A stretch of DNA of 52,036 bases, the filler included, from Catajapyx aquilonaris (lineage: Eukaryota): the NCBI GenBank assembly GCA_000934665.2. It is 3 parts of 3 records of this genome, joined end to end, with 100 filler letters (N's around TTAATTAATTAA, not from the genome) between each part and the next. Parts side by side here need not be neighbours in the genome. Positions count along the whole stretch, not along the records: positions 1 to 17,252 come from JYFJ02006991.1; 2 more parts are not named here. One strand, 5' to 3'. A program made the translations under genes and the position numbers. The notes under the pieces are model-generated. The model saw only the letters and a list, made by a program, of their open reading frames with translations, ran no database searches and was not told where the DNA came from. Below are positions 1 through 11,244 of this stretch, one piece after another (the stretch's first letter is position 1; each line of letters opens with the position of its first letter).

Positions 1-129
1 AGCATGTCTCCACTCTATGAGAAACAGCGGCCATCAGTCGGAGATTAGCTCCATTTTCATCAACCCACCTCCTACATGCCGCTTTCCACTACTCAGCGGA
101 CATCGACAATAATTCTTCTGTCGGTGTTG

Positions 130-785
130 TTGCAATTGGATCTATGTCAGAGGGATGCCACCCTTGATGCCACCATTGCCAGGTAAAGAAGTGGAAGGGT
201 GAAACAAAAACGATCTGTTGCTCCATTGGAAAGGTTAGCCTTCCTCTCCTGGCTGAGCCTCCACAGCTACTTCAAATGCTCCTCTCAGGTACATCACCTA
301 CTTCAAAACATTTCCTGAAGACCATCAGAAATTACAATTTGGCCTTCCAGATGACATCTTTTGGGGCCAATGTTGTTAGAGAAGGGGGCTTCATGCCTAC
401 ATTCAAAGTGCAAGGGCAAATTTACCATCGCATGGGATCACTCCTTCCTTCAGAAAATCAGAGCCCACGGTTTCTGCACCTTTACTTCGTGGGGAACATG
501 CAACAGCAGGCGGAATACCATTGCACCTACTTAAACGGCACACGCCTCGACATCATACTGAAACTTCAGGAGATGATCCATTCCACTCATGTCAAGAGCT
601 TCAAGCTTGCACTTGAGAGTCCTCCTCCTCTGAAATGTGACTTGGTCATCGATGCAGACAAACGACCACAAGGCGAGCATCGTGGTCGATTCAATCAACC
701 TTCTTGCAATGAGATTGCTGTCATCATGAGTGGTCAGGAGCATGGTAATAAGAGGGATATTGTGTTCAGTGAAGCTTCGAGATAA
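130..785 (+). mobile_element. Helitron Rep-helicase N-terminal fragment (degenerate)
   Basis: Translation CHHCQVKKWKGETKTICCSIGKVSLP...KHFLKTIRNYNLAFQMTSFGA...FKVQGQIYHRMGSLLP...GRFNQPSCNEIA matches the typical Helitron region upstream of the Rep domain. A 12-bp duplication near 153-176 and the stop at 785 indicate decay. Confidence 0.85.
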
Positions 786-1099
786 CACGCTTCATCTATG
801 CAATTATGAACGTAATTAGCCATACCAAATATTTCATGTGCATGAAGTCCAAAAAAACACACAATGGATGTCAGATTTTAAGCTCTGCCATGCTGGAGCT
901 TCTATACATTCTACATTTACTGCACAACCTTCAATTTTTCATGACATACTTTTGCTGGATTTTGGAGGTGTATCGTGTATTTCCTTGCAATCCGACATCC
1001 GCAGTGTGTTGTTTGGACTTCATGCACATGCAATATGCTCCATGTCACTGGTATGCCGACATTGTATAGCCATAATTATTGCAAATCAATGAGTCACTC

Positions 1100-1560
1100 C
1101 TATGGAAAAGTATTTCATAACCCGAGCAACGCCGGGTATCCTGCTAGTATATCAATAAATGATGTAAACAATTCAGTTTTTTGTTCATTATAAGTTGCGA
1201 GAGCACGTGCCCACGTGGAGAGGAAAAATATGTTTGTTAGCAGATCTAGAGGGTCTAAATCCATTTTGTCCATTAGGCAATAAGTTATAATTTTCAAGAA
1301 ATGTAGATAGTCTATTTGGTAGTGTAGTTGTTAGTACTTCTTGAATATTGTTGAGCAAAGATATTGGATGGTAATTATTAGGGTCGTTTGGATCTCCTTT
1401 TTTGTGGATAGGCGTTAGTCCCATTTGGAGCCAGTTTATTTGGATTCAGGCAGTGCTGGTATGTCTGGTTTAGCACTTATGGGTGTTGTTATTCTCACCT
1501 TAATCTCATGGGTGCATGAGATGATATTGTCTCGGTTGTTAAATTGGGACCAAGAGTGAA
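1100..1560 (-). mobile_element. LINE ORF2 reverse-transcriptase fragment
   Basis: Minus-strand PIHKKGDPNDPNNYHPISLL...QNGFRPSRS matches non-LTR RT N-terminal motifs (PIxKKGD..NYRPISL, QxGFR). It lies in the intron upstream of the first ZF exon. Confidence 0.8.
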
Positions 1561-1769
1561 TGATGAGTGCACCCTGTGTTGTCCTTGAGGAGTGCAGAGC
1601 TGATAGTGTGTATCCTTGCATGAGTCCCTACAATGAGAGGGTCTCTGAGACAATCCCTTCAGCTTTCATAAAAAGGAATGTCTTCCAAATGCCAAAATCA
1701 GGTTGAAAGCTTCATACTTTCCATACTTTGTAATAGAAATTAATGTCTTGTAATTTACATTATTTTCAG

Positions 1770-2849
1770 GTACTGCAAGTGACAAGTGAATATGGAGTAG
1801 CAGAGAGTGAGATGAAAGAGGAACGGAGCGGAGGAATATGCCGTAGAAATAATCCATTTCAGTGCAGAATATGCCAGAAACCTTTTGGCACTCAGCATGA
1901 TTTGAAATTGCACATGACGATTCATAGTAATAGCACTTATTGCCACATTTGCCAGATAAAACTTGATGATTCAAAGCAGCTGAAGTCTCACAATCGAATT
2001 CATTCAGTCAAAAGGGCATTTATTTGTGAGGTGTGCCAGAAAAAATTTAGTGAGTCAGGTACGTTGAAAAGGCACATACTCATTCATGCAGGAGAAAAAC
2101 CATTTTCTTGTGAGGTGTGCCAGAAAAAGTTTCATTGTCCAGGTGATATGAAAAAACACAAGCGGATTCATACGGGAGAAAAACCGTTTACTTGTGAGGT
2201 GTGCCAGAAAAAATTTAATCATACAGGTAATTTGAAGGTACACATGCGAATTCATACAGGAGAAAAACCATTTACGTGTGAGGTGTGCCAGACAGGATTT
2301 TATTCAACAACTCAGTTGAAAACTCACATGCAAACCCATACAGGAGAAAAACCATTTACCTGTGAGGTGTGCCAGAAAAAGTTTAATTGTCCAGGTGATA
2401 TGAAAAAGCACAAGCGGATTCATACGGGAGAAAAACCATTCACGTGTGAAGTGTGCCAGAGAAAATTTAGTCATTCATGTAATATGAAAAAGCACAAGCG
2501 GATTCATGCGGGAGAAAAACCATTTACTTGTGAGGTATGCCAGAAAAAATTTAGGCAGTTGGGTAATTTGAAAAATCACATGCGCATTCATACAGGAGAA
2601 AAACCATTCACTTGTGAGGTCTGCCAGAAAAAATTTCGTTATTCAAGTGATTTGAAACAGCACATGCGAATTCATACGGGAGACAAACCATTCACTTGTG
2701 AGGTCTGCCAGAAAAAATTTAGTGCGTCATGTAATTTGAAGGCACACTTTCGAAATCATGCAGGAGAAAAACCATATACGTGTGAGGTGTGCCAGACAGG
2801 ATTTTGTCATTCAACTCAGTTGAAAAATCACATGCGAATTCATACATGA
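1770..2849 (+). CDS. C2H2 zinc-finger protein, unit 1: terminal exon with 12 fingers (upstream exons not in window)
   Basis: Acceptor ttttcag|GTA at 1770 (phase 0). Twelve CxxC..HxxxH repeats with TGEKPF linkers. Confidence 0.9.
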   Translation, partial: VLQVTSEYGVAESEMKEERSGGICRRNNPFQCRICQKPFGTQHDLKLHMTIHSNSTYCHICQIKLDDSKQLKSHNRIHSVKRAFICEVCQKKFSESGTLKRHILIHAGEKPFSCEVCQKKFHCPGDMKKHKRIHTGEKPFTCEVCQKKFNHTGNLKVHMRIHTGEKPFTCEVCQTGFYSTTQLKTHMQTHTGEKPFTCEVCQKKFNCPGDMKKHKRIHTGEKPFTCEVCQRKFSHSCNMKKHKRIHAGEKPFTCEVCQKKFRQLGNLKNHMRIHTGEKPFTCEVCQKKFRYSSDLKQHMRIHTGDKPFTCEVCQKKFSASCNLKAHFRNHAGEKPYTCEVCQTGFCHSTQLKNHMRIHT

Positions 2850-3346
2850 GAGAAACCTGCCTTTTTTTTGCTGTGCCATTGTTAAAAAATGATATCACAA
2901 TAGATAACCTGATGTGGATTCGCCAGGAAAGATGCCACTGATTTATTTGATGCATATGACCCCCATTTCAGCAGATAATATTCAGTAAATAAAGTTCGCG
3001 TTGTATTTACACATACAGTATAAGCTGCAGGGAGACATTTTGTGGAGAAAAAGAGCCTCTTACATGCCGTCAAATGCGGGTATTTGTGAAAAACCATTCT
3101 CAAGCAAAAGATTTGAAAGGTCTCATTCAAATTCATACAGGAGAGAGGACACCCTGTTTGTCAATGTGCCTGCTCAGGTGGTTGAATATGGAGATGACCC
3201 TGTGGGAGTAGGGTCCAGAAATAAAAGTGGGGTATGTCATTCACTAAAAAGTCAATGTTTATTTCTGCACTATAGGAGCGGATGTGTTGCCAAATTGTGG
3301 CATTGCTGCTTGCCCCCCTAATTTGGATGTAGTACGATATGCACTA

Positions 3347-4012
3347 CCAGGGGCGGTCATAAAGTTCTTACTATCACCATGAAATACTGGGGACAGCGGC
3401 GAATATTTGCTGCTGGGGCGTAAGCACGTTTCTCTAATGTGCGCCGGCGCAGAGGATCTCACCTTGTTGTTTTCCAGCCCACTTCCGGAGCAGGGAAGTC
3501 ACGATTGTGCATGCCGCAGGAAAGGTGGAGCTGCGTGGTGTGATTAGATTTTTATTTTTCAATGGGAAGAATGCCAAAGAAACCCATGGAGAGTTGGTGG
3601 ACGTGTAAGGGGACAATGCCCCATCCTATGAGACAGTTCCCATGTGCCGGCGACGTTTCCATTGTGGCCTGACGAGCCTGGAAGAGCCTGGAAACAGACA
3701 GACTCCCCACCTCCCAAGAGAGCCCGGACACAGCCATCGTGTGGGAAGGTCATGCTCAGTGTCTTTTGGGACAGGGAAGGAGTTCTGTTGACCGACTCCG
3801 CCCGGATGGGACCAACAATCACAGGGGCATACTACAACAGGGACCTTCTGGTGAAGCTGTGAGACGTCATCAGGGCCAAGAAGAGGTGCGGCAAAGTGTC
3901 CAAAGGTGTTCGGTTGCTGTGCATGACAATGCCTGGCTGATGCGGCGCAGGGGACTGCGATTCTTATTTCAGGCACTCTTGGGTGTGAAATACTGACTCA
4001 TCCACCCAACTC
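3347..4012 (+). mobile_element. Internally deleted mariner element, copy 1
   Basis: TA|CCAGGGGCGGTCATAAAG TIR-like start. HTH remnant ELRGVIRFLFFNGKNAKETHGELVDV*GDNAPSYETV. Catalytic-domain remnant GKVMLSVFWDREGV...TITGAYY...HDNA, with stops and frameshifts. Confidence 0.85.
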
Positions 4013-4145
4013 AGCTAGAAAGTGTAGTGAATGACGAAAAGAGCTACTTGTGAAGAGCAGCGACGTGAGTAGCGGCGACGGGCCAGGTGCGAATAGCGCG
4101 TAAGCCCGTCCTTCCAACCAGGTGCGGGGGTAGGAACGCACCCTC

Positions 4146-4194
4146 ATTTGCATAAACAAAAGAAAAAGAAAAAAAGAAATCAAAGATGGCCGCC
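4146..4194 (+). promoter_or_regulatory. Putative ZNF core promoter: octamer ATTTGCAT, A-tract, YY1/Pho-like AAGATGGCCGCC
   Basis: The same motif set recurs at 7899-7922, 12448-12491 (ATTCGCAT variant) and 15976-16022, each just upstream of a non-coding first exon (here intron 4373-4529, GTGAGT..TAG). Confidence 0.55.
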
Positions 4195-4533
4195 TGAGCA
4201 ACAATAATTATATTATTATCCACGGCATATCCGTTTCGACTCTTCCTTCGGGTGAACTCTCTTTGAACCCGTCTCACAGTCGCTGGATTCGATTGGAACC
4301 CGGAGGAGGAGGGTGAGGGACTCTCCCCCTCTCGTCCACACATCAATTGGCACTCTGGAGGGAAGAAGAAGGGTGAGTTGAAGTTGTAGCGGTGGGGGAT
4401 GGACTGACTTGGATCGCCTTGCCCACACTTCTCAGAGGAATAATGTTCCTCCTCTTCAGTATTGTTAGCTTGATTGGAATACTCATTGACATGACTCTGC
4501 ATGACCTCCACCCTTATTGTGTTTTGTAGGGCC

Positions 4534-6393
4534 ATGTCTTTCATCCTGAAGATCAAGAAGGAGGAGGAGGACATCACAGTGGATGGGGAGAGTTGGAGGC
4601 TAAGGGTGAAGGAGGAGGAGGAAGCACCGGAATGGTTGGACAATGATTCTACTTCGCTCATGGAAGACACACTTAGCGCGGTCAAGAAGGAAGAGGCGGA
4701 GGAGGAGATGGTGGTGGCCATTCCCAAGGTAGAAGAAGATGAAGACGACCCTTTAGCAGGAGGTTCTGGAAGTAGTGGTGTAAGTAAACTGCTGAATTTG
4801 CAATCTTATTTTCTGCAGAAGCGACACCAAATCATCCGAATCCAACACCCGGACATGGATGGACGTAACAAACACCCGCACTTCTGCTCTGCTTATTCAA
4901 CCACTTGATATAAGTGGTTCCCCTTGAACCATCTCCATGATATTTGCCACTTTTATCAGATAAGTGTTTTTTTCTGTAAGAGAGTATAGATCATCATTAT
5001 TCTATATGAATTCACAATGTTTCTTCTTGATCTTTCATTTTCTTTTTCCATCTCCTTGCCAAATATACCAGAAAAAGAATGTGTTTGTACTTTCCGACAA
5101 GTGTAAAGGAGCGCCCCCTTACACATGGTGTAGGACATGTTCATCTCACTTCCAACTGCCCAGAGAGGCCAAAGATTGGGCCGCATACAATTCGTGAGCC
5201 TGTGGTCATTGAATTTGCATGTCTGTTGGCATCTACTATGGCAACTCAGATGTGGTTTATGAACAACTTGAGGGAATGGAGGCCACTGAAGGAGACCACC
5301 AATAATAGACAGGAGTTTCACTACTTAGCCCCCACAAAGAGCCAATGATATTTTTCCTCCCACTCTACCTCGAAATATGACGTTTGGTTTACAACTTACC
5401 TTATACGATGGATATGTATCACCACTCACAGTAAATGCTGGAATAGTCCTCCTGCACCGCTTGCCCTTGAGGAGTGCAGAGCTGATAGTGTACGTCTCCT
5501 TGCATGCATATTTACAATGAGAGGATCGATTAGACAACCGCTTGAGCTTTCATAAAAAGGAGTGTCGTCCAAATGCCAATATCAGGTGGAAAGCTTCATA
5601 CTTTCCATACTTCGTAATGGAAATTAATGTCTTGTAATTTACATTTCAGGTCCTGCATGGGACAAGTGAATATGGAGTTGAAGAGAGTGAGGTGCAAGAG
5701 GAAAGGAGCAGAGGCATATGCTGTGGAAAAAATCCATTTCAATGCAGAATGTGCCAGAAACCTTTTGGCACACAGCATGATTTGAAATTGCACATGATGA
5801 TTCATAGTAAAAGCCCTTATTGCCACATTTGCCAGATAAACTTTTCTGATTCAACTCAGCTGAAGTCTCACAATCGAATTCATCCAGTCAAGGGGCCCTT
5901 TAGTTGTGAGGTCTGCCAGAAAAAAATTAATTCTCCAAGTGATTTGAAAATTCATATGCGAATTCATACAGGAGATAAACCATTCACTTGTGAGGTGTGC
6001 CAGAGAAGATTTCGTAATTCAAGTGATTTGAACAGGCACATGCGAATTCATACGGGAGAAAAACCATTCACTTGTGAGGTGTGCCAGAAAAAATTTAGTC
6101 ATTCATGTACTTTGAAGGTACACATGCGAATTCATACTTTAGAAAAACCATTTACTTGTGATGTGTGCCAGAAGAAATTTAGTGATTCGAGTCATTTGAA
6201 AAAGCACATGCGAATTCATACGGGAGAAAAACCATTTACTTGTCAGATGTGCCAGAAAAAATTTAGTGATTCATGTAATTTGAAGGTACATGCTCGAATT
6301 CATGCAGGAGAAAAACCATTTTCTTGTGAGGTGTGCCAGAAAAAATTTAAGTCTCCAAGTGCTTTGAAAAAGCACACCCTAATTCATACATGA
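4534..6393 (+). CDS. C2H2 zinc-finger protein, unit 2 (acidic exon + 8 fingers)
   Basis: Exon 4534-4779 (MSFILKIKKEEE...DDPLAGGSGSSG|gtaagt) and exon 5650-6393 (tttcag|VLHGTSE...) join in frame at phase 0. Confidence 0.88.
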
Positions 6394-6887
6394 GAGAAAC
6401 CTGCCTTTTTTTTGCTGTGCCATTAAAAAAAATATATCATAATAGATAACATCATGTGAATTCACCAGGAAAGATGCAACTGATTTATTTGATGACATAT
6501 AACCCCCATTTCAGCAGATAATATTCAGTAAATAAAGTTCGTGTTGTATTTACACGTACAGTATAAGCTGCAGGGAGACATTTTGTGGAGAAAAAGAGCC
6601 TCTTACATGCCGTCAAATACGGGTATTTGTGAAAAACCATTCTCAAGCAAAAGATTTGAAAGGTCTCATTCAAATTCATACAGGAGAGAGGACACCCTGT
6701 TTGTCAATGTGCCTGCTCAGGTGGTTGAATATGGAGATGACCCTGTGGGAGTAGGGTACAGAAATAAAAGTGGGGTATGTCCTTCACTAAAAAGGCAATG
6801 TTTATTTCTGTACTCGGAGCGGACGCTTTGCCAAATTGTGGCATTGCTGCTTGCCCCCCTAATTTGGATGTAGGACGATATGCACTA

Positions 6888-7680
6888 CCAGGGGCGGTCA
6901 TAAAGTTCTTACTATCACCATGAAATACTGGGGACAGTGGCGAATATTTGCTGCTGGGGCGTAAGCACGTTTCTCTAATGTGCGCCGGCGCAGAGGATCA
7001 CACCTTGTTGTTTTCCATCCCACTTCCGGAGCAGGGAAGTCACGATGGTGCATGCCGCAGGAAAGGTGGAGCTGCGTGGTGTGATTAGATTTTTATTTTT
7101 CAATGGGAAGAATGCCAAAGAAACCCATGGAGAGTTGGTGGACGTGTAAGGGGACAATGCCCCATCCTATGAGACAGTTCCCATGTGCCGGCGACGTTTC
7201 CATTGTGGCCTGACGAGCCTGGAAGAGCCTGGAAACAGACAGACTCCCCACCTCCCAAGAGAGCCCGGACACAGCCATCGTGTGGGAAGGTCATGCTCAG
7301 TGTCTTTTGGGACAGGGAAGGAGTTCTGTTGACCGACTCCGCCCGGATGGGACCAACAATCACAGGGGCATACTACAACAGGGACCTTCTGGTGAAGCTG
7401 TGAGACGTCATCAGGGCCAAGAAGAGGTGCGGCAAAGTGTCCAAAGGTGTTCGGTTGCTGTGCATGACAATGCCTGGCTGATTCGGCGCAGGGGACTGCG
7501 ATTCTTATTTCAGGCACTCTTGGGTGTGAAATACAGACTCATACACCCAACTCACCAGACCTAGCGCCGGGTGATTTCTTCCTCTTCCCATGGCTGAAGA
7601 ATCCCCTGCGTGGACGCCGCACTTCCAGGACGATGGGGAGGTCATCAGTGCAGTGGAACAGTTCCTCGTCAGCCAAATGG
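6888..7680 (+). mobile_element. Internally deleted mariner element, copy 2
   Basis: Near-identical to copy 1 (offset 3541 bp) but extends to SPDLAPGDFFLFPWLKNPLRGR..FQDDGEVISAV, the mariner YSPDLAPxD third-aspartate motif. Confidence 0.88.
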
Positions 7681-8078
7681 AGGGCTTAATGTCGAGAAAA
7701 GGACATTCACATGCCCCCATAACAAGACGAAAGTGTGACCCGAATTCATCGGAACAGATTTTTTTAGCTAGAAAGTGTAGTGAATGACGAAAAGAGCTAC
7801 TAGTGAAGAGCAGCGATATGAGTAGCGGCGACGGGCCGGGTGTGAATAGCGCGTAAGACCGTCCTTCCAACCAGGTGTGGCGACAGGAACGCACCCTCAT
7901 TTGCATAAAAAAGATGGCCGCCTGAAGAATATTCTGTTTTGATTCTCTCTCTTCTCCTTTTCGGGTGAATGGAACTCGTTTGAACCCGTCTCAGAGTCCC
8001 CTGGATTCGATTGGAACCCCAGACGGGGGAGGGACTCTTCCCCTCTCGTCCACACATCAATTGGCACTCTAGCGGACC

Positions 8079-11000
8079 ATGTCTTTGCTCCTGAGGATAA
8101 AGGAGGAAGTGGAGGAGGAGGAGGAAGAAGGTGGGATGGTCACAGTGGAAGAGACCAGCTGGGAGTCCAATATGAAAGAGGAGGAGACCCCGGAATGGGT
8201 GGACAACGACTCTACTCCCATGGAAGACACTCTTCGTGAGGTCAAGAAGGAGCCACTGGAGGAGGAGGAGGAGATGGTGGTGGCCATGCCAAAGGTAGAA
8301 GAAGATGAAGATGACCCTTTAGCGGGAGGTTCTGGAAGCAGGAGTGGGGTAAGTGGTCTGCTGGAATTACAGTATGATTTTACGCTTAAGAGACGCCAAA
8401 TCATCAATCCTCCTTAAAGAATGAGTTAGGGATACCATCGATTCGTGGTGCAGATTTACCTTTCAATTTAATAATAGCCTGGTCAAGCTCTTTTTCTAGT
8501 CCAGACTATTTGTTCCATCCTCTAATGATATGTTTTGCCAGTGTCCCATTATTATCGTCGGGAGTTGGAAGCGAGAAAATGTTTCTTGAAAATATTCCTT
8601 CCAAGTATCGTCCGAGGTAATGCTTGCTGGGGAGAGTGGTCCCTTTTTATATTCATTTATGTGTTGCCAGAATTCACGAGCATCATTGGCTTTGGCTAAT
8701 CTGTTGAGTGTCTCCTTGAAGAACTCGGTCTTTTTCCCGTTTTTTCCGTTAAGAGATTTTTTTTTACAATTCTTTGTAAGTTGTCTAATTTTCGCTGGAG
8801 TGGTTATTTTTAAGCATCTTCAAGTTGGTTCTACATTCTCTTGTAAACTGTGGGGTCCACCCATGGCTTATTGGAAAAGGAATGTATTTGTAAATCAGCT
8901 TGCCTTATCTTAACGAAACCTCTTTGTATTAGAAATTTTCTTGGCAAGGGCTGGATTCGACCTGGGTCTGTACAGAGTTTGTTGGTCAAACTTTCTGTAC
9001 ACTCCTCTTCCGGGTCATTGAACCATTCGGAGGGGTTCATCATTTTGGGAGTGGTGTAATATAGCTTTGGATTTTCGCAATATTTTTATCCTCACTTTTT
9101 TCAGTCCAGAATAAGGTAGTGGTAAGTGTGGAATGGTTCGATCTATATGAATCATCCACCTTGAAGTCCGATATGAATCCTAGGAGTCTTAAAGATTAAA
9201 AAAGCTAGATCAATAGTACGTCTTCCATTGTGTGCCAGATAAGTGTGTTCACTAGAAGGGTCACTTGGAGTAATTAGTTCCATTTAATAATTTGAGAAAG
9301 GCGCTCTCCTTAAGGAAATTTGTGCGAATATTCCTGAGAGATGGTAGTCTGTGGGTATTGAATACCTTGGAAGAAGATATTTTGTTCAGGATGCCTGTCC
9401 TCGAGGTCAGTAGTCTTCTTTTTCGTTGTTTCTAAATCAATTGCCTGCAACTTAACGGCACCTAATTTCTCAATTTGCTTCTGGCCGGCCTATTTGATAG
9501 CCGAGTTGTTTTCAGTTACTACTTCTATCAGCTGGATTAGTTTGGTAGAAGCGTCAGTCATGAATTTTTGCCCGGGGTTATGGCAAGGTGTGTCCGTTTC
9601 CACCTTCTGTGGTCGTTTCCTCTTTGGTATGGTGTGTTGTGTCGGGAATAGAATTGGCAGTTCCTCTCGCGGAGGTGGGGAACTGTTCAAATAGCCCGGA
9701 TTGAGCTCCACATTTGATCTCATGAATAGCACCATGATCATTGCTATCGCTAGAGACATTATAGAGAGGAAAACAGGGATAACGAAGACACCTAGTGGCA
9801 CTACTGCACCGTCCTTAATGACCACTTTCACATTCACACTTTCAAACACTTCACTAGGGATGACGAACCACACTGGACCTGATTGAACCTGATCCGTTGC
9901 GAGGGTGGTCCTCCTTTCGTAGGTGTACGCCGGTTCATTGAGGGTAAGCCATATTTTTCGACCTCCCAAGAGGGCAATCCTCCATCTTAGGAGTGTGATC
10001 ATTTCCCTCAAAAAGGAAAGCTGTAACGTCCTCTGTATGGCTTGTCCGAGTTTAACATTCAACGGTTAACTTACGTTTTCCGGTTGTTAACGGTGCGCTA
10101 GGCCGCCAAGGTTGCCCCCACGCGACATTGCATGTATTCAGAGCGCAGGTAAGGGAAAACGGAGCCGCTCAAATGCACGTCCTTACACTTCGAGGGCTGG
10201 GGTGATTGTGTCATAATAGAAATTAATGTTCTGTAATTTATATTCCAGGTCCTGCATGTGACAAGTGAAGATGGAGTTGCAGAGAGTGAGCTGAAGTGTC
10301 ACAATCGAATTCATTCAGTCAAGAGGGCATTTATTTGTGAGGTGTGCCAGAAAAAGTTTAATCGTCCGAGTGATTTGAAAAGGCACATGCACATTCATAC
10401 GGGAGAAAAACCATTTGCTTGTGAGGTGTGCCAGAAAAAGTTTAATAGTCCAAGCAATTTGAAAAAGCACATGCACATTCATACAGGAGAAAAACCATTC
10501 CCTTGTGAGGTATGCCAGAAAAAATTTAATAAATTAGGTACATTGAAAAGACACATTAGAATTCATACAGGAGAAAAACCATTCAATTGTGATGTGTGCC
10601 AGAAAAGATTTAGTGATTCAGGTAATTTGAAGGTACACTTGCGAATTCATACAGGAGAAAAACCATTTACGTGTGAGGTGTGCCAGACAGGATTTTGTCA
10701 TTCAACTCAGTTGAAAAATCACATGCAAACTCATACAGGAGAAAAACCATTCACTTGTGAGGTCTGCCAGAAAAAATTTAATTATCAAAGTGATTTGAAA
10801 AAGCACAAGCGAATTCACACAGGAGAAAAACCATTCACTTGTGAGGTGTGCCAGAAAAAATTTCGCGATTCAACTAAGTTGAAGATTCACTTGCAAATTC
10901 ATACAGGAGATAAACCATTCACTTGTGATGTGTGCCACAAACGACTTCGTGATTCAAGTGCATTGAAGATTCATATGCAGAGTCATACAGGAGATAAACC

Positions 11001-11244
11001 ATTCACTTGTGAGGTGTGCCAGAAAAAACTTAATAGTTCAAGTGATTTGAAAAAGCATATGCATGTGCATACAGGAGAAAAACCCTTTACTTGTGAGGTG
11101 TGCCAAAAAAAATTTAGTGATTCAAGTAATTTGAAAAGTCACTTGCGAATTCACACAGGAGAAAAACCATTTGCTTGTGAGGTGTGCCAGAAAAAATTCC
11201 GTGAATCGAGTAAGTTGAAAAAACACATGCGAATTCATACATGA
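8079..11244 (+). CDS. C2H2 zinc-finger protein, unit 3 (acidic exon + 11 fingers)
   Basis: Exon 8079-8348 (|gtaagt) and exon 10249-11244 (ttccag|VLHVTSE), phase 0. Confidence 0.88.
8410..10200 (-). mobile_element. 5' portion of a LINE (ORF1-like remnant, APE endonuclease end, pre-RT region) in the unit-3 intron
   Basis: Minus strand reads HTYLAHNGRRTIDL and YRSNH (APE C-terminal motifs), ELDQAIIKLKGKSAPRIDGIPNSFFK (pre-RT motif), and ORF 9490-10062 containing SNVELNPG. Confidence 0.7.

Noticed and set aside
4025..4155. Multi-hairpin or pseudoknot RNA (ribozyme-like) upstream of each ZF gene
   Set aside because: The stems GCTAC/GTAGC and GACGGGC/GCCCGTC in copy 1 are broken without compensation in the copies near 12320 and 15855, and there is no known ribozyme core. 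Better explained as a duplicated promoter.
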